DNA from: Felis catus
Lineage: Eukaryota
Length of the DNA: 60,000 nt
Reading direction: 5' to 3'
Assembly (NCBI RefSeq): GCF_018350175.1
Contig: NC_058368.1
Span: 187,180,001-187,240,000, forward strand
The position numbers were made by a program, and so were the translations under genes. Under the pieces are notes generated by a model, which was given only the letters and a program-made list of their open reading frames with translations, had not been told where the DNA came from and ran no database searches. Within the stretch, counting starts at the first letter, position 1; the number at the start of each line of letters is the position of its first letter. Shown here in pieces: positions 10,706-23,041 of this stretch.

Positions 10706-13315
10706 CAAGCATAACTCAGAGATACTGGGGGTTTAGCTCCAGACCACCACAATAAAGCAAATACCACAATAAAACAAGTCAAATGACTTGGTTTCCCAGT
10801 GCATATAAAAGTTATGTTTAGGGGCGCCTGGGTGGCGCAGTCGGTTAAGCGTCAGACTTCAGCCAGGTCACGATCTCGCAGTCCGTGAGTTCGAGCCCAG
10901 CGTCAGGCTCTGAGCTGATGGCTCAGAGCCTGGAGCCTGTTTCCGATTCTGTGTCTCCCTCTCTCTCTGCCCATCCCCCGTTCATGCTCTGTCTCTCTCT
11001 GTCCCAAAAATAAATAAACGTTGAAAAAAAAATTAAAAAAAAAAAAGTTATGTTTACACTACACTATAGTCTGTTTAAATGTGAAATAGCACTATGTCTA
11101 AAAAAAAAAAAAAAAATGTACACACCTTAATTTAAAATACTTTATTGCTAAAAAGTGCTAGCCATCACTGAGCTTTCAAAGAGTTGTAATCTTTTTGCTT
11201 GTGGAAGGTCTTGCCTTGATGTTGGTGGCTGCTGACTGATCAGGGTGGTGGTTGCTGATGGTGGTTGCAGGTGAGTGGCAGTGGCAATTTCTGAAAATAA
11301 GATAACAATAAAGTTTGCCTCTTCAATTGACTCTTCTTTTCACAGTTTCTCTGTAGCATGTGTTTCTCTTTGATAGCATTTTACCCACAGTAGAACTTTT
11401 TTCAAATTTGAAACCGGTCCTCTCAAACCCTGCTGCTGCTTTATCAATGAAGTTTATGTAAATATTCTAAATCATTTGTTGTCATTTCAACAATCTTCAC
11501 CACATCTTCACCAGGAATAGATTCCATCTTAAGAAACCACTTTCTTTGCTTATCCATAAAAAGCAACTACTCATCCATTCACGTTTTATCATGAGATTGC
11601 AGCAATTCAGTCACATCTTCAGGCTCCACTTCTAATTCTAGTTCTCTTGTTGTTTCTACCACATCTGCAGTTAATTTCTCCACTGAAGTCTTGAACCCCT
11701 CAAAGTCAGCCATGAGGGTTGGAATCAACTTCTTTCAAACTCCTATTCAAGTTGATATTTTGACCTCTTCCCATGAGTCATATTTTTAATGGTGTCTAGA
11801 ATGGTGAATCCATGCCAATTTACCTTGCCTAGATTATCAGAGGACTCACTATCAATGACAGCTATAGGCTTATAAAATGTATTTCTTAAATAATAAGATT
11901 TGAAAGCAAAAATTACTTGGGCAATGGAATGGATGTTGTGTTAGCAGGCATGCAAATAGCATAAATCTCATACATCTCCACCAGAGCTCTTAAATGCATT
12001 CATTGTCAATGAGCAATAATATTTTGAAAAGAATATTTTTTTTCTGAGCAATAGGTTGTAACAGTAGGTTTAAAATATTCAGCAAAGCATGTCGTAAACA
12101 GACGAGCTGTCATTCAGGCTTTTTGTTCTTGTTCTTGTTCCATTTATACAGCACAAGCAAAGTAGATCATGCATAATTCTTAAGGAGCCTAGGATTTTCA
12201 GAATGGTAAACGAGCATTGGCTTCAACTTGAAGTTACCAGCTGCACTAGTCTTTAAACAAAAGAATTACCCTGTTCTTCTAAGCTTTAAAGCCAGGCATT
12301 GACTTCTCCTCTCTAACTATGGAAGTTAGAAATAGAATCTTCTTCTAACAAAGGGCTGTTTTGTGTATATTGAAAATCTCTTTTGTTTTTTTTTTTTTAG
12401 TGCAGCCATCTGTATTAATTACCTTAGATCACCTAGATAACTTGCTGCAGCTTCTACATCAGCACTTGCTGCTTCACCTTGACTTTTATCTCATGGAGAT
12501 GGCTTCTTCCCTTAAACTTCATGAACCAACCTCTACCAGCTTCAAACTTCTGCAGCTTCCTCACCTCTCTCAACCTTCTTGGAAATGAAGAGAGTTAGGG
12601 CTTTACTCTGGATTAAACTTTGACATAATGGAATTTTGTGGCTGGCTTGATTTTCTGTCCAGACCACTAAAATTTCTCCATATCAGCAATAAAGCTCTTG
12701 TACTTTCTTATCATTCATGTGTTCACATGTATTTAATTTCTTTCAAGAACTTTTTCTTTGTATTTGCAATTTGACTGGTGCAAAAGGCCTAACCTTCAAC
12801 CTGTCTTGGCTTTTCACATGCCTCCTTCACTGAGCTTACTCAGTTTTAGCTTCTGACTTAAAGTGAAAGACATGACTCTTCCTTTCACTTCAAAACTAAG
12901 ATGCCACTGTGGGGTTATTAACTGACCTAATTTCAATACTGTTGTATCTCAGGGAACAGGGAGGCCTGCGGACAGGGAGAGAGACGAAGGAACAGTCAGT
13001 GGACGAGTCAGAATACACACAACATTTATTGATTGTTCGACATTTTATTGGAGTATGGTTTGGGCCACAGTAGTAACACCAAAGATTACTGCTCACAGAT
13101 CGTCATAACAAATATAATAACAATGAAAAAGTGTGAAATACTGCTTGAATTACCAAAATGTGACACATATATACATGAAGTACGCAAATGCTCTTGGGAA
13201 AATGGCACCAGTAGACTTGCTCAGAAACCCAGGGTTGTCACAAAAGTTTAATTTGTAAAAACCACAATATTAGCAAAACACAATAAAATGAAAGTGGCAA
13301 AATGAGGTATACATG
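10706..13315 (-). mobile_element. Full-length Tigger1-family (pogo/TcMar) DNA transposon, transposase inactivated
   Basis: Degenerate TIRs CAAGCATAACTC (10706) and GAGGTATACATG (ends 13315), TA on both sides; ~2.37 kb after removing the nested SINE; internal sequence follows Tigger1; the transposase start region near 12907 reads GTGGCATCTTAG on the minus strand (start lost, early stop). Confidence 0.93.
10821..11042 (+). mobile_element. Young Can-SINE (SINEC_Fc type) nested in Tigger1
   Basis: CpG-rich head; perfect TSD AAAAGTTATGTTTA at 10807-10820 and 11043-11056. Confidence 0.98.
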
Positions 13316-13406
13316 TATAAATATATGTATATGTATCTATATATCAAAGATTATGTGTAAACACAACACACATATGTACACTGTTACATAAGTGAATTCC
13401 TCTTAA

Positions 13407-13620
13407 ATTTTTTTCTTAATGTTTATTTATTTTTGAGAGAGACAGAGACAGCAAGCAGGGGAAGGGCAGAGAGAGAGACAGAGAGAGACAGAATCCAAAG
13501 CAGGCTCCAGGTTCCAAACTGTCAGTACAGAGCCTGATGCAGAGCTTAAACTCATAGACTGCGAGCTCAAGATCTGAGCCAGATTCAGACATTTAACCGA
13601 CTGAGCCACCCAGGCACCCC
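13407..13620 (-). mobile_element. Can-SINE (older)
   Basis: Reverse SINE ending 'gagccacccaggcacccc'; TSD TAAGTGAATTCCT(C/T)TTAA at 13389-13406 and 13622-13639. Confidence 0.97.
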
Positions 13621-13639
13621 TTAAGTGAATTCCTTTTAA

Positions 13640-13935
13640 TGAAAGCTCTTCTGTAACCTGTTTTTTAAACTTACAATATATTACAGACATCTTTACATTG
13701 CAGTATATGTGTATTTGTATACACATAATTTTTCTTTTTACCATTAATTAGTATTACATCTCCGGAACGAATGGCAATTTATTTACTCAATTCCCTATAC
13801 AAGTATATTAGTCATTGCTAGTTTCTAGTGTTACTGTTTTAAATTACACCAAATATTTTTATGCACAGGGATCTTTCTCCATACATATGGTTATCTTTTT
13901 AGTCAAGTTCCTAGAAGGATGATTGCTGAGTTAGT
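13640..13935 (-). mobile_element. Ancient L1M (L1MC/ME-like) 3' fragment
   Basis: 'caatttatttactcaattccctat...agttcctagaaggatgattgctgagt' is typical of reversed old L1 3' regions. Confidence 0.55.
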
Positions 13936-15174
13936 GAAAGCTTAACCAGCTGTGTTAAAGGGAGAGTCATAAAGGGCTAGAATCTTGGCCCTGGATATGG
14001 TCTATCAGATCACGGGCCCTCTGGGGGGTTCTGGGTATGCCAGTAAAGCCTTGAGCCCCTACAGAAGGGAGAGGTGAAATGACAGGGGGAATAAAATGGG
14101 GACAAAAATGCATGAACTATGAACGTTTTTAATGCCACATTTTTATCTTTTGCTATAATGAAACAATAAGGGAAGTACTGTTACAGGCCATCATACTTAT
14201 GGTTATGTTTACTTGAGTAGTATGTATCAATCTTTTGTCTAGACTGTAAAGTCCCCATGGGTAGAAGCTGGGTCTGGTTTTCTTTTGTTGTTCACTAATA
14301 TGTGCTGAATGCCTGACATTTATTGTGTGTGGATGTGTTTGGGGGAGGGGGGTTAAAGAGTAAGTTAATTACATAGAAAATATTTCATGATGGAAGGGAT
14401 TTGGAAGGAAGCTCCTAAAGAGTGAAATGCTAGGGACTCTATTCTCTTCCCAATCTTCTACCCAATGCCCAATATGACTTTTGTCTATATACTCTCTATC
14501 CCATAACAGTGGAAATGGAAAGCCATACAACTGCAGATGCATCCACTATATTAGGGCAAAGGATGATTCTGTCTCAGGAAATAGTGTATAAAACAAGTTG
14601 TTACACATGAGTCATCCCTATCAGTCAAGATTTATCTTTAATGTAAATCACTCAACCACTGACCTTAGTAGGGTCAACCTATTTTCATGACCAGCATTTG
14701 ATTTATTTTTACCTCTTACTTCCCTTTCTAAACAAGGTGAGTTTCTGTGAGATTATGAAAATCAAGGGAGAAATGGACTTAGAGATGTGAATTTATACTA
14801 AATTCTAACCATTGCAACATTCTATAATGTGCCAGTTTGACTTGCCCCAAAACACACTGGAAAGAGATTTTATTCTTTCCATAAATGATACTTATTTGCC
14901 TTTTCTCTTTCCGAAAATGTTTCCTGTCACATCATTCAGGGTTTTATCTAAGCTTCTTGAAGTCTTGTCATCCTTCCCAGAGCAGTGAGGTAGTTTTCAT
15001 GCTTCCTAACTCACTTAACATTTGTCTGCTCTTCTGTGCCCAGCCAAAGAGCAAGCTAAACAGAGACACCCTAAACCCATCAGCCAACTGACAACTCCAT
15101 AGATTCCTGGACTTGAGAGTAGTATTAACCCTCAAAGTACTTCAACTATCCTTGAAGAAAAAGAGAGATTGCTC

Positions 15175-15330
15175 TTTGGCTTTTCAAAGTGAAGTCTGGA
15201 GACCAACAGCATAAGCATCCCCTACTAGCTTCTTAAAAATCCAGAATCCCAAACCTTATCTCAGATGTAATGTCATATTATACATTTCTCAAGACACTTG
15301 GGTATTTGGTATGCACCTTATAGATCTAAA
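15175..15330. mobile_element. MER5A-like hAT element (degraded)
   Basis: 'tcaaagtgaagtctggagaccaacagcataagcatcccct...cttaaaaatccagaatccc' resembles MER5A. Confidence 0.5.
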
Positions 15331-15650
15331 GGACAGTCTCTTGGGTCCGTTCTCCCTGATATCTCTCTGTTTCCAAAATATCTCCCTGTTTTAGGCAACA
15401 AAATGAAGCATGTGTAAAGTATGGAATAACTAAAAGTGCATTACTTCAATAACTCACACCATTATGTTAGGCAAGAAAAATCTTCCATACTAATTTAAAG
15501 GATATTTTCTCTATTAAAAAAAAAAAAAAAGACTACTTAGTCCTGAGAGCATTTCATTATTTTCAAAGCAATTTACTCCCCATTCTCTCATTTGTTCTAA
15601 ATAATAGTCCTACAAAAAGACCAAATCATGGCTAAAAATGAAGGGTAAGA

Positions 15651-15883
15651 GGGACGCCTGGGTGGCTCAGTCGGTTAAGCATCCGACTTCAGCTCAGGTC
15701 TGATCTCATTGTTCATGAGTTTCAGCCCGCATCAGGCTCTGTGCTGATAGCTCAGAGCCAGGAGCCCACTTCAGATTCTGCGCCTCCCTCCCTCCCTCTC
15801 TCTCTCTCTCTCTGACCCTCTCCTGCACGCTCGCTCTCTTTCTCTCTCTCTCTTTCTCTCAAAAATGAAAAAACATTTTTTTT
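15651..15883 (+). mobile_element. Can-SINE
   Basis: Head GGGACGCCTGGGTGGCTCAG, CT tract, tail; flanks AATGAAGGGTAA / AATGAGGGGTAA. Confidence 0.97.
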
Positions 15884-16386
15884 AATGAGGGGTAAAAAAA
15901 AGAAAGTGATCTTTGGTGCTCTCAGACTCTCCTTATGAACTTATCTCTTATCTCTTATGGTTTCCAGGACTCTCTGACTCTAAATCTTACTTCAAGCAAA
16001 ATCTATTCTTGGAATAACACACAATGCTAGCCATTTATTATTTTCACAGATTTGTTCTAACAATTTGTAGTCCTATCTCTCAAGATGAAAGAAAGTCTTG
16101 GTCTCCCATTAAAGGAAAATTACACGTGAGAAACTTGAAGAGATAAGAAGTATTGACTGGATCAGAGTTGGCAAGTAAGTTTCATATAAGCAATTGAGAG
16201 CTTCCTGGAGTTCTGTATTAAAAAGGATTCTGAGGCTGCATCTGGGTTAACCAGGGGAGAAAAAAACGGGATCAATCAGTGATATCTGCTCTGGGTATGA
16301 ACATAGCCATACATCAGCCATATAATGTTTCATACTAACATTTACTAAATCTTTACCCGCCATTCATTGTCAAGCTTCTCGTATGC

Positions 16387-16851
16387 TGTCTTAGTTATCT
16401 ATTGCTGAGTAACAAATTACCCCAAACTTTGGTAGCTTAGGAGAATAACATTTATTATCGTATAGTTTCTGAGCATCAGGACTCTTTGAGCTGCTTTCCT
16501 GGGTTCTCTGTCTCAGGGTTTCCTATGAGGATACAATCAAGGTATCAGCAGAGGCTACAGTCTCATTCAAAGGCTAAGTTGGGGAAAAATTCAAGATCAC
16601 TTATGTGGTTATTGGTAGCATTGAATTCCTTGAAGGCTCTTGGCCTCACCATAGGGCAACGATGCAAGAGTGAGAGAGAATGTTAGGAACAGTGAAGTCA
16701 CAGTATTTTTCAACCTAGTTAGAGAAATACTATGCCATCACCTTCGCCTGTTGTACTCATTAGATACAAGCCACTGTGTCCACTCAAGGGAAGGGTGTGA
16801 ATACTAGGAAGTGGGAATCACTGGGAGCCCTTTTACAAGCAGCCTGCCATA
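16387..16851 (-). mobile_element. MaLR solo LTR (MLT1F-like)
   Basis: TGTCTTAGTTATCTATTGCTGAGTAACAAATTACCCC start, 'gcctgccata' end; near-TSD TATGC/AATGC. Confidence 0.8.
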
Positions 16852-17689
16852 AATGCCTTATCCCATTTAATCTCCACCATGACCTCTTAAGATATGTACT
16901 GTTATTATCCCATTTTTACAAATGAGGAAGCAGGCATAGAGAGGCAGTCATTTATTCAAGATGATCTAGCTGATAAGGGAGAGCGCTTGGATTTTGAATT
17001 TAAAGCTGATGTAATGGTTACTAAGCCTTTTGCCATCTCTAGAATGACTCTACAGAGTGGTCCTCAAAATGTTTTGACCATGAACCCCTGAGTTAGCAAA
17101 AACTCAGAATATACCCTTACTATATGTATATGTATTTATAAAGTACATCTTAATCTATAATTAAATATGAGTTAAGCTTACTTTTAATAGTGATTGTGAA
17201 TAGAAGTTCTTTTATCCATACCACCATGGGTTGTCTTGCCCTCCCCTGGAGTCACCCCCACACTGGAAACTACCAAGCTAACACCCTTTCAACTGTGGCA
17301 TTCTATGATCCATGACTCCCTAGTGGACAGTCCAGTGGGCTGGTTGGAGATACAGTGTGAAGCTTCTCCTGTCTAACCACTTAAAAAAGGAAGAAACTGG
17401 CTGTCATTCTCTTCCTCACCCCATGATAAATGTTAGGAGAAATGTTGAATGAGTAGGAGTATTACCAATTCCTTCTTCTTACTTAGTTTCGTCAAGTCAC
17501 TTAAGAAAGAATATTGCAGGATTGGAGCAGACTTCTCCCAGCTCAAAACTGTGGGGCTTCACTATGGAAGAAAAAAAAATGCTTTTAAATCTTCTTCCTG
17601 ATCAGACATGAGAGGTGGGGAAAAGTGCAGATGTAGTTTTCAACTGAGGCTCTCTGCTTTATAAGGAACAATTTATTATTGTCTAAAAA

Positions 17690-17990
17690 TTACATGTTTA
17701 TTTTAAACAGGTAATTCATTCACATGAAAAACATGTTTAATGCATTATGACTATTCAGTGATAATTAAGCTTTCCCCATAGCTGTCCTCAACCTCTCTGC
17801 TCTCTTCCCCTAATATAACCATTTTGTGTGTGTGTATCCTTCCAGTGAGAGTCTGTGTCCATTCACATATACGTGTGGATGCCCACACTTTTTTTTTTGT
17901 ATTCCAAATGTTTTGTGCCTTAATGTTTTTTCAATTATTTTTTCTTGTAGATGGTGTTACATTAGTACACAGAACATTTTCTTATCCTTC
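17690..17990 (-). mobile_element. Ancient L1M 3' fragment (left half of the host interrupted by the full-length L1)
   Basis: Degraded T-rich L1M-like sequence that joins, across the TSD, to the L1M sequence at 24711. Confidence 0.5.
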
Positions 17991-18287
17991 GTTTTTTTTT
18001 TTAAATATAATTCATTGTCAAATTGGCTAATATACACTGTGTAAAATGTGCTCTTGGTTTTTGAGGTAGATTCCTGTGGTTCATTGCTTACATATAACAC
18101 CCAGTGCTCATCCCAACAAGTGCCCTCCTCAATGCCCATCACCCATTTTCTCCTAACTCCACTCCCGCCCCCATCCACCCTCAATTTGTTCTCTGTATTT
18201 AAGGTCTCTTGTGGTTGGCCTCCCTCCCACTCAGTTTGTAGCCAATTTTTTTCCCTTTGCTTCCCCCATGGTCTTCTGTTAAGTTTC

Positions 18288-21200
18288 TCAAATTCCACAT
18301 ATGAGTGAAAACATATGATATCTGTCTTTCTCTGACTGACTTATTTCATTTAGCATAATACCTTCCAGTTCCATCCACCTTGCTGCAAATGGCATGATTT
18401 CATTCTTTCTCATTGCTAAGTAGTATTCCATTGTATATATAAGCCATATCTTCTTTATCCATTCATCAGTTGATGGACATTTAGGCTCTTTCCATATTTT
18501 GGCTATTGTTGAAAGTGTTACAGTAAACACTGGGGTACATGTGCCCCTATGCATCAGCACTCCTGTATCCTTTGCATAAATTCCTAGCGGTGCAATTGAT
18601 GGATTGTAGGGTAGTTCTATTTTTAATTTTTTGAGGAACCTCCACACTGTTTTCCAGAGTGGCTGCACCAGTTTGCATTCCCACCAACAGTGCAAGAGGG
18701 TTCCCGTTTTTCCACATCGTCTCCAGCATCTATAGTCTCCTGATTTGTTCATTTTAGCCACTCTGACTGGCATGAGGTGATATCTCAGTGTGGTTTTGAT
18801 CTGTATTTCCCTGATGAGGAGTGACGTTGGGCATCTTTTCATGTTCCTGTGGGCCATCTGGATGTTTTCTTTACAGAAGTGTATATGAATGTCTTCTGCC
18901 CATTTCTTCACTGGATTATTTGTTTTTCAGGTGTAGAATTTGGTGAGTTCTTTATAGATTTTGGATACTAGCCCTTTGTTGGATATGTCATTTGCAAATA
19001 TCTTTTCCCATTCTGTTGGTTGCCTTTTAGTTTTGTTGATTGTTTCCTTTGCAGTGCAGAAGCTTTTTATTTTGATGAGGCCCCAATAGCTCATTTTTGC
19101 TTTTAATTCCCTTGCCTTTGGAGATGTGTTGAGTAAGAAATTGCTACACCTGAGGTCATAGAGGTTTTTTCCTGCTTTCTTTTCTAGGGTTTTGATGGTT
19201 TCCTGTCTCATATTCAGGTCCTTCATCTATTTTGAGTTTGTTTTTGTGAATGGTGTGAGAAAGTGGTCTAGTTTCATTCTTCATGTTGCTGTCCAGTTCT
19301 CCTAGCACCATTTGTGAACAAGACTGTTTTTTCCATTAGATATTCTTTCCTGCTTTATCAAAGATTAGTTGGCCATATATTTACGGGTCTAATTCTGGGT
19401 TCTGTATTCTGTTCCATTGGTCTATGTGTCTGTTCTTGTGTCAATACCATACTGTCTTCATGATTAAATCTTTGTAGTAGAGGCTAAAGTCTGGGATCGC
19501 GGTGCCCCCCACTTTGGTTTTCTTCTTCAATATTAGTTTGACTATTCGGGGTCATTTGTGGTTCCATACAAATTTTAGGATTGTTTTTTCTAGTTTTTGG
19601 AAGGATGCCCGTGCAATTTTGATTGGGGTTGCATTGAATGTGTAGATTTCTTTGGGTAGTATTGACATTTTCACAATATTTATTCTTCCAATCCATGACC
19701 ATGGAATGTTTTTCCATTTCTTTGTGTCTTCTTCAATTTCCTTCATAAGTTTCCTATAGTTTTCAGCCTACAGATCTTTTACATCTTTGGTTAGGTTTAT
19801 TCCTAGGTATTTATGGTTCTTGGTGCAATTGTAAATGGGATCAGTTTCTTGATTTCTCTTTCTGTTGCTCATTATTGGTGTGTAAAAATACAACTGATTT
19901 TTGTACATTGATTTTTGTATCCTGCGACTTTGCTGAATTCATGTATCAGTTTCTGCAGCTTTTTGGTGGGGTCTTTCGGGCTTTCCATGTAGAGTATCAT
20001 GTCATCTGTGAAAAGTGAAAGTTTGGCTTCTTCTTTGCTAATTTTGATGCCTTTTATTTCATTTTGTTGTCTGATTGCTGATTCTAAAACTTTCAACACT
20101 GTGTTAAACAACAGTGGTGAAAGTGGAAATCTCTGTTGTGTTCCTGATCTCAGGGGAAAGCTCTAAGTTTTTCCCCATTGAGGATAATATTAGCTGTGGA
20201 CTTTTCATATATGGCTTATATGATGTTTAAGTATGTTCCTTCTATCCCAACTTTCCTGAGGGTTTTTATTAAGAAAGGATGCTATGTTTTGTCAAATGCT
20301 TTTTCTGCATCTTTTGACAGAATCGTATGGTTCTTATCTTTTCTTTTATTAATGTGATGTATCACATTGATTTGCAAATATTGAACCATCCCTGCATCCC
20401 AGGAAGGAATCCCACTTGATCATGGTGAATAATTCTTTTTATATGCTGTTGAATTCGATTTGCTAGTATCTTGTTGAGAATTTTTGCATTCATGTTCATC
20501 AGGGATATTGGGCTAAAATTCTCCTTTTTTTGTGGGGCCTCTGTCTGGTTTTGGAATCAAGGTAATTTTGGCTTCATAGAACAAGTCCAGAAGTTTTCCT
20601 TCTGCTTCTATTTTTTGGAATGCTTGAGAAGGATAGGTATTATCTCTGCTTTAAATGTCTGGTAGAATTCCCCTGGGAAGCCATCTGGCTCAGGACTCTT
20701 GTTGGGAGATTTTTGGTAACTGATTCAATTTCTTCTCTGGTTATGGGTCTGTTGACATTTTCTATTTCTTCCCATTTGAGTTTTAGTAGTGTGTGGGTGC
20801 TTAGGAATTTGGCCATTTCTTCCAGGTTGTCCAGTTTGTTGGCATATAATTTTTCACAGTATTCTCTGATGATTGTATTTCTGTGATGTTGGTTGTGATC
20901 TGTCCTCTTTCATTCATGATTTTACTTATTTGGGTCCTCTCTCTATTCTTTTTGAGAAGTCTGTCTAGGGGTTTATCAATTTTGTTTATGTTTTCAAAAA
21001 AAATTCTTTAGTTTCATTGATCTGTTCTGGTTTTTTTTTATTATTCTATATTGCTTATTTCTGCTCTGATCTTTATTATTTCTCTCCTTCTGCTGGCCTT
21101 GGAATTTTTTTGTTGTTCTGATTCTACTTCCTTTAGGTGTTATGTTAGATTTTGTGTTTGGGATTTTTCTTATTTCTTGTGATAGGCCTGGATTGCAATG

Positions 21201-22092
21201 TATTTTCCTCTTAGGACTGCCTTTGCTGCATCCCAAAGCGTTTGGACTGTCGTGTTTTCATTTTCATTTGTTTCCATATATTTTTTAATTTCTTCTTTAA
21301 TTCACTGGTTGACCCATTCATTCTTCAGTAGGATGTTCTTTAACCTCCATGCCTTTGGAGGTTTTCCAAACTTTTTCCTGTGGTTGATTTCAAGTTTCAT
21401 AGCATAGTGATCTGAAAGTGTGCATGGTTTGATCTCAATTCTTTTATATTTATTGAGGGCTGTTTTGTGACCCAGTATGTGATCTATCTTGGGGCATGTT
21501 CCATGTGCACCTGAAAAGAATGTGTATTCTGGTTTAGGATGAAAAGTTCTGAATATATCTGTCAAGCCCACCTGGCACAGTATATTATTCAGGGCCATTG
21601 TTTCTTTATTGATTTTCTGTCTAGATGATCTGTCCATTGTTGTAAGTGGAGTATTAAAGTCTCCTGCAATTACCACATTCTTGCCAATAAGATTGCTTAT
21701 GTTTGTAATAAATTGTTTTATATATTTGGGTACTTCCAAATTTGGTGCATAGACATTTATAATTGTTAGCTCTTCTTGATGGATAGACCCTGTAATTATT
21801 TTATAATGCCCTTCTTCATCCCTTATTACAGCCTTTAGTTTAAAATCTAGTTTGTCTGATATAAGTATGGCTACTTCAGCTTTCTTTTGACTTCCAATAG
21901 CATGATAGATGGATCTTCATCCCCTCACTTTCAATCTGAATGTGCCCTCAGGTCTAAAATGGGTTCTCCTGTAGACATCAAATAGATGGGTCTTGTTTTT
22001 TTTATCCATTCTGATACCCTATGTCTTTTGATTGGAGCAGTTAGTCCATTTACATTCAGTGTTATTATTGAAAGATCTAGATTTGGAGTCAT
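18288..22092 (-). pseudogene. L1 ORF2 (endonuclease/reverse transcriptase), disrupted by frameshifts and stops
   Basis: Fragments MTPNLDLSIITLNVNGL (EN start), [25 protein letters not shown] (RT motif), [13 protein letters not shown] (Cys-rich C-terminus) lie in different frames. Confidence 0.95.
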
Positions 22093-22160
22093 TGTGTTAT
22101 CTGTAGGTTTCATGCTTGTAGTGGTGTCTCTGGTACTTTGTGGTTTTTGCAACATTCCAC

Positions 22161-23041
22161 TCACAGAATCCCCTTTAGGATCTCTTGTAGGGCTGGTTTA
22201 GTGGTGAAGAATTCCTTCAGTTTTTGTTTGTCTGGGGAAACTTTTATCTCTCCTTCTATTCTGAATGACAGGCTTGCTGCATAAAGGATTCTTGGCTGCA
22301 TATTTTTCCTATGGAGTGCATTGAAAATTTCCTGCTACTCCTTTCTGGCCTGCCAAGTTTTAGTAAATAGGTCTGCTACTATCCTTACATGTCTACCCTT
22401 GTAGGTTAAGACCCATTTATCCCTAGCTGTTTTCAGAATTCTCTCTTTATCTTTGTATTTTGCCAGTTTCACTATGATATGTCTTGCAGAAGACCAATTC
22501 AAGTTATATCTGAAGGGAGTTCTCTGTGCCTCCTGGATTTTAATGTCTGTTTCCTTCCCCAAATTGGGGAAGTTTTCTTCTATGATTTGTTTGAGTATAC
22601 CTTCTGCCCCTTTCTCTCTCTTCTTCTTCTTCTGGAACTCCTCTGATATGGATATTATTCTGTTTCATTGAATCACTTAGTTCTCTAATTTTCCCCTATA
22701 GTCCAGAATTTTTTGTCTCTTTTTCTTAGCATGAACTTTTGCCATAATGTTATCTTCTGTCACTTATTCTCCCCTCTGCCTCTTCAATCCTCACTGCCAT
22801 AACCTCTAGTTTATTTTGTACCTCATTTACAGCATTTTTTAAATCATTCTATTTTTCAGTTCCTTGATCTCTGCAGAAGTAGATTCTCTGCTCTCTTCTA
22901 TGCTTTTTTCAAGCCCAGTGATTAATTATATGACTATTATTCTAAATTCTTGTTCAGTTGTATTGTTTATATATTGATCAATTCTTTAGCTGTCATTTCT
23001 TCCTGGAGTTTCTTTTGAGGAGAATTCTTCCATCTCATCAT
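22161..23041 (-). pseudogene. L1 ORF1 (RNA-binding protein), disrupted
   Basis: Start MMRWKNSPQKKLQEE; track fragment IQEAQRTP...ARHIIVKLAKYKDKERILKTAR; ends ...KGIL-stop. Confidence 0.9.

Noticed and set aside
10706..13315. Domesticated TIGD-like gene
   Set aside because: Start codon lost, early stop and no long transposase ORF in the track
16050..16174. 125-nt plus-strand exon-like segment
   Set aside because: Stops in all frames and ordinary splice strength; such pseudo-exons are common in long introns
18288..18911. 207-aa ORF as an intact gene
   Set aside because: It is the C-terminal fragment of the disrupted L1 ORF2
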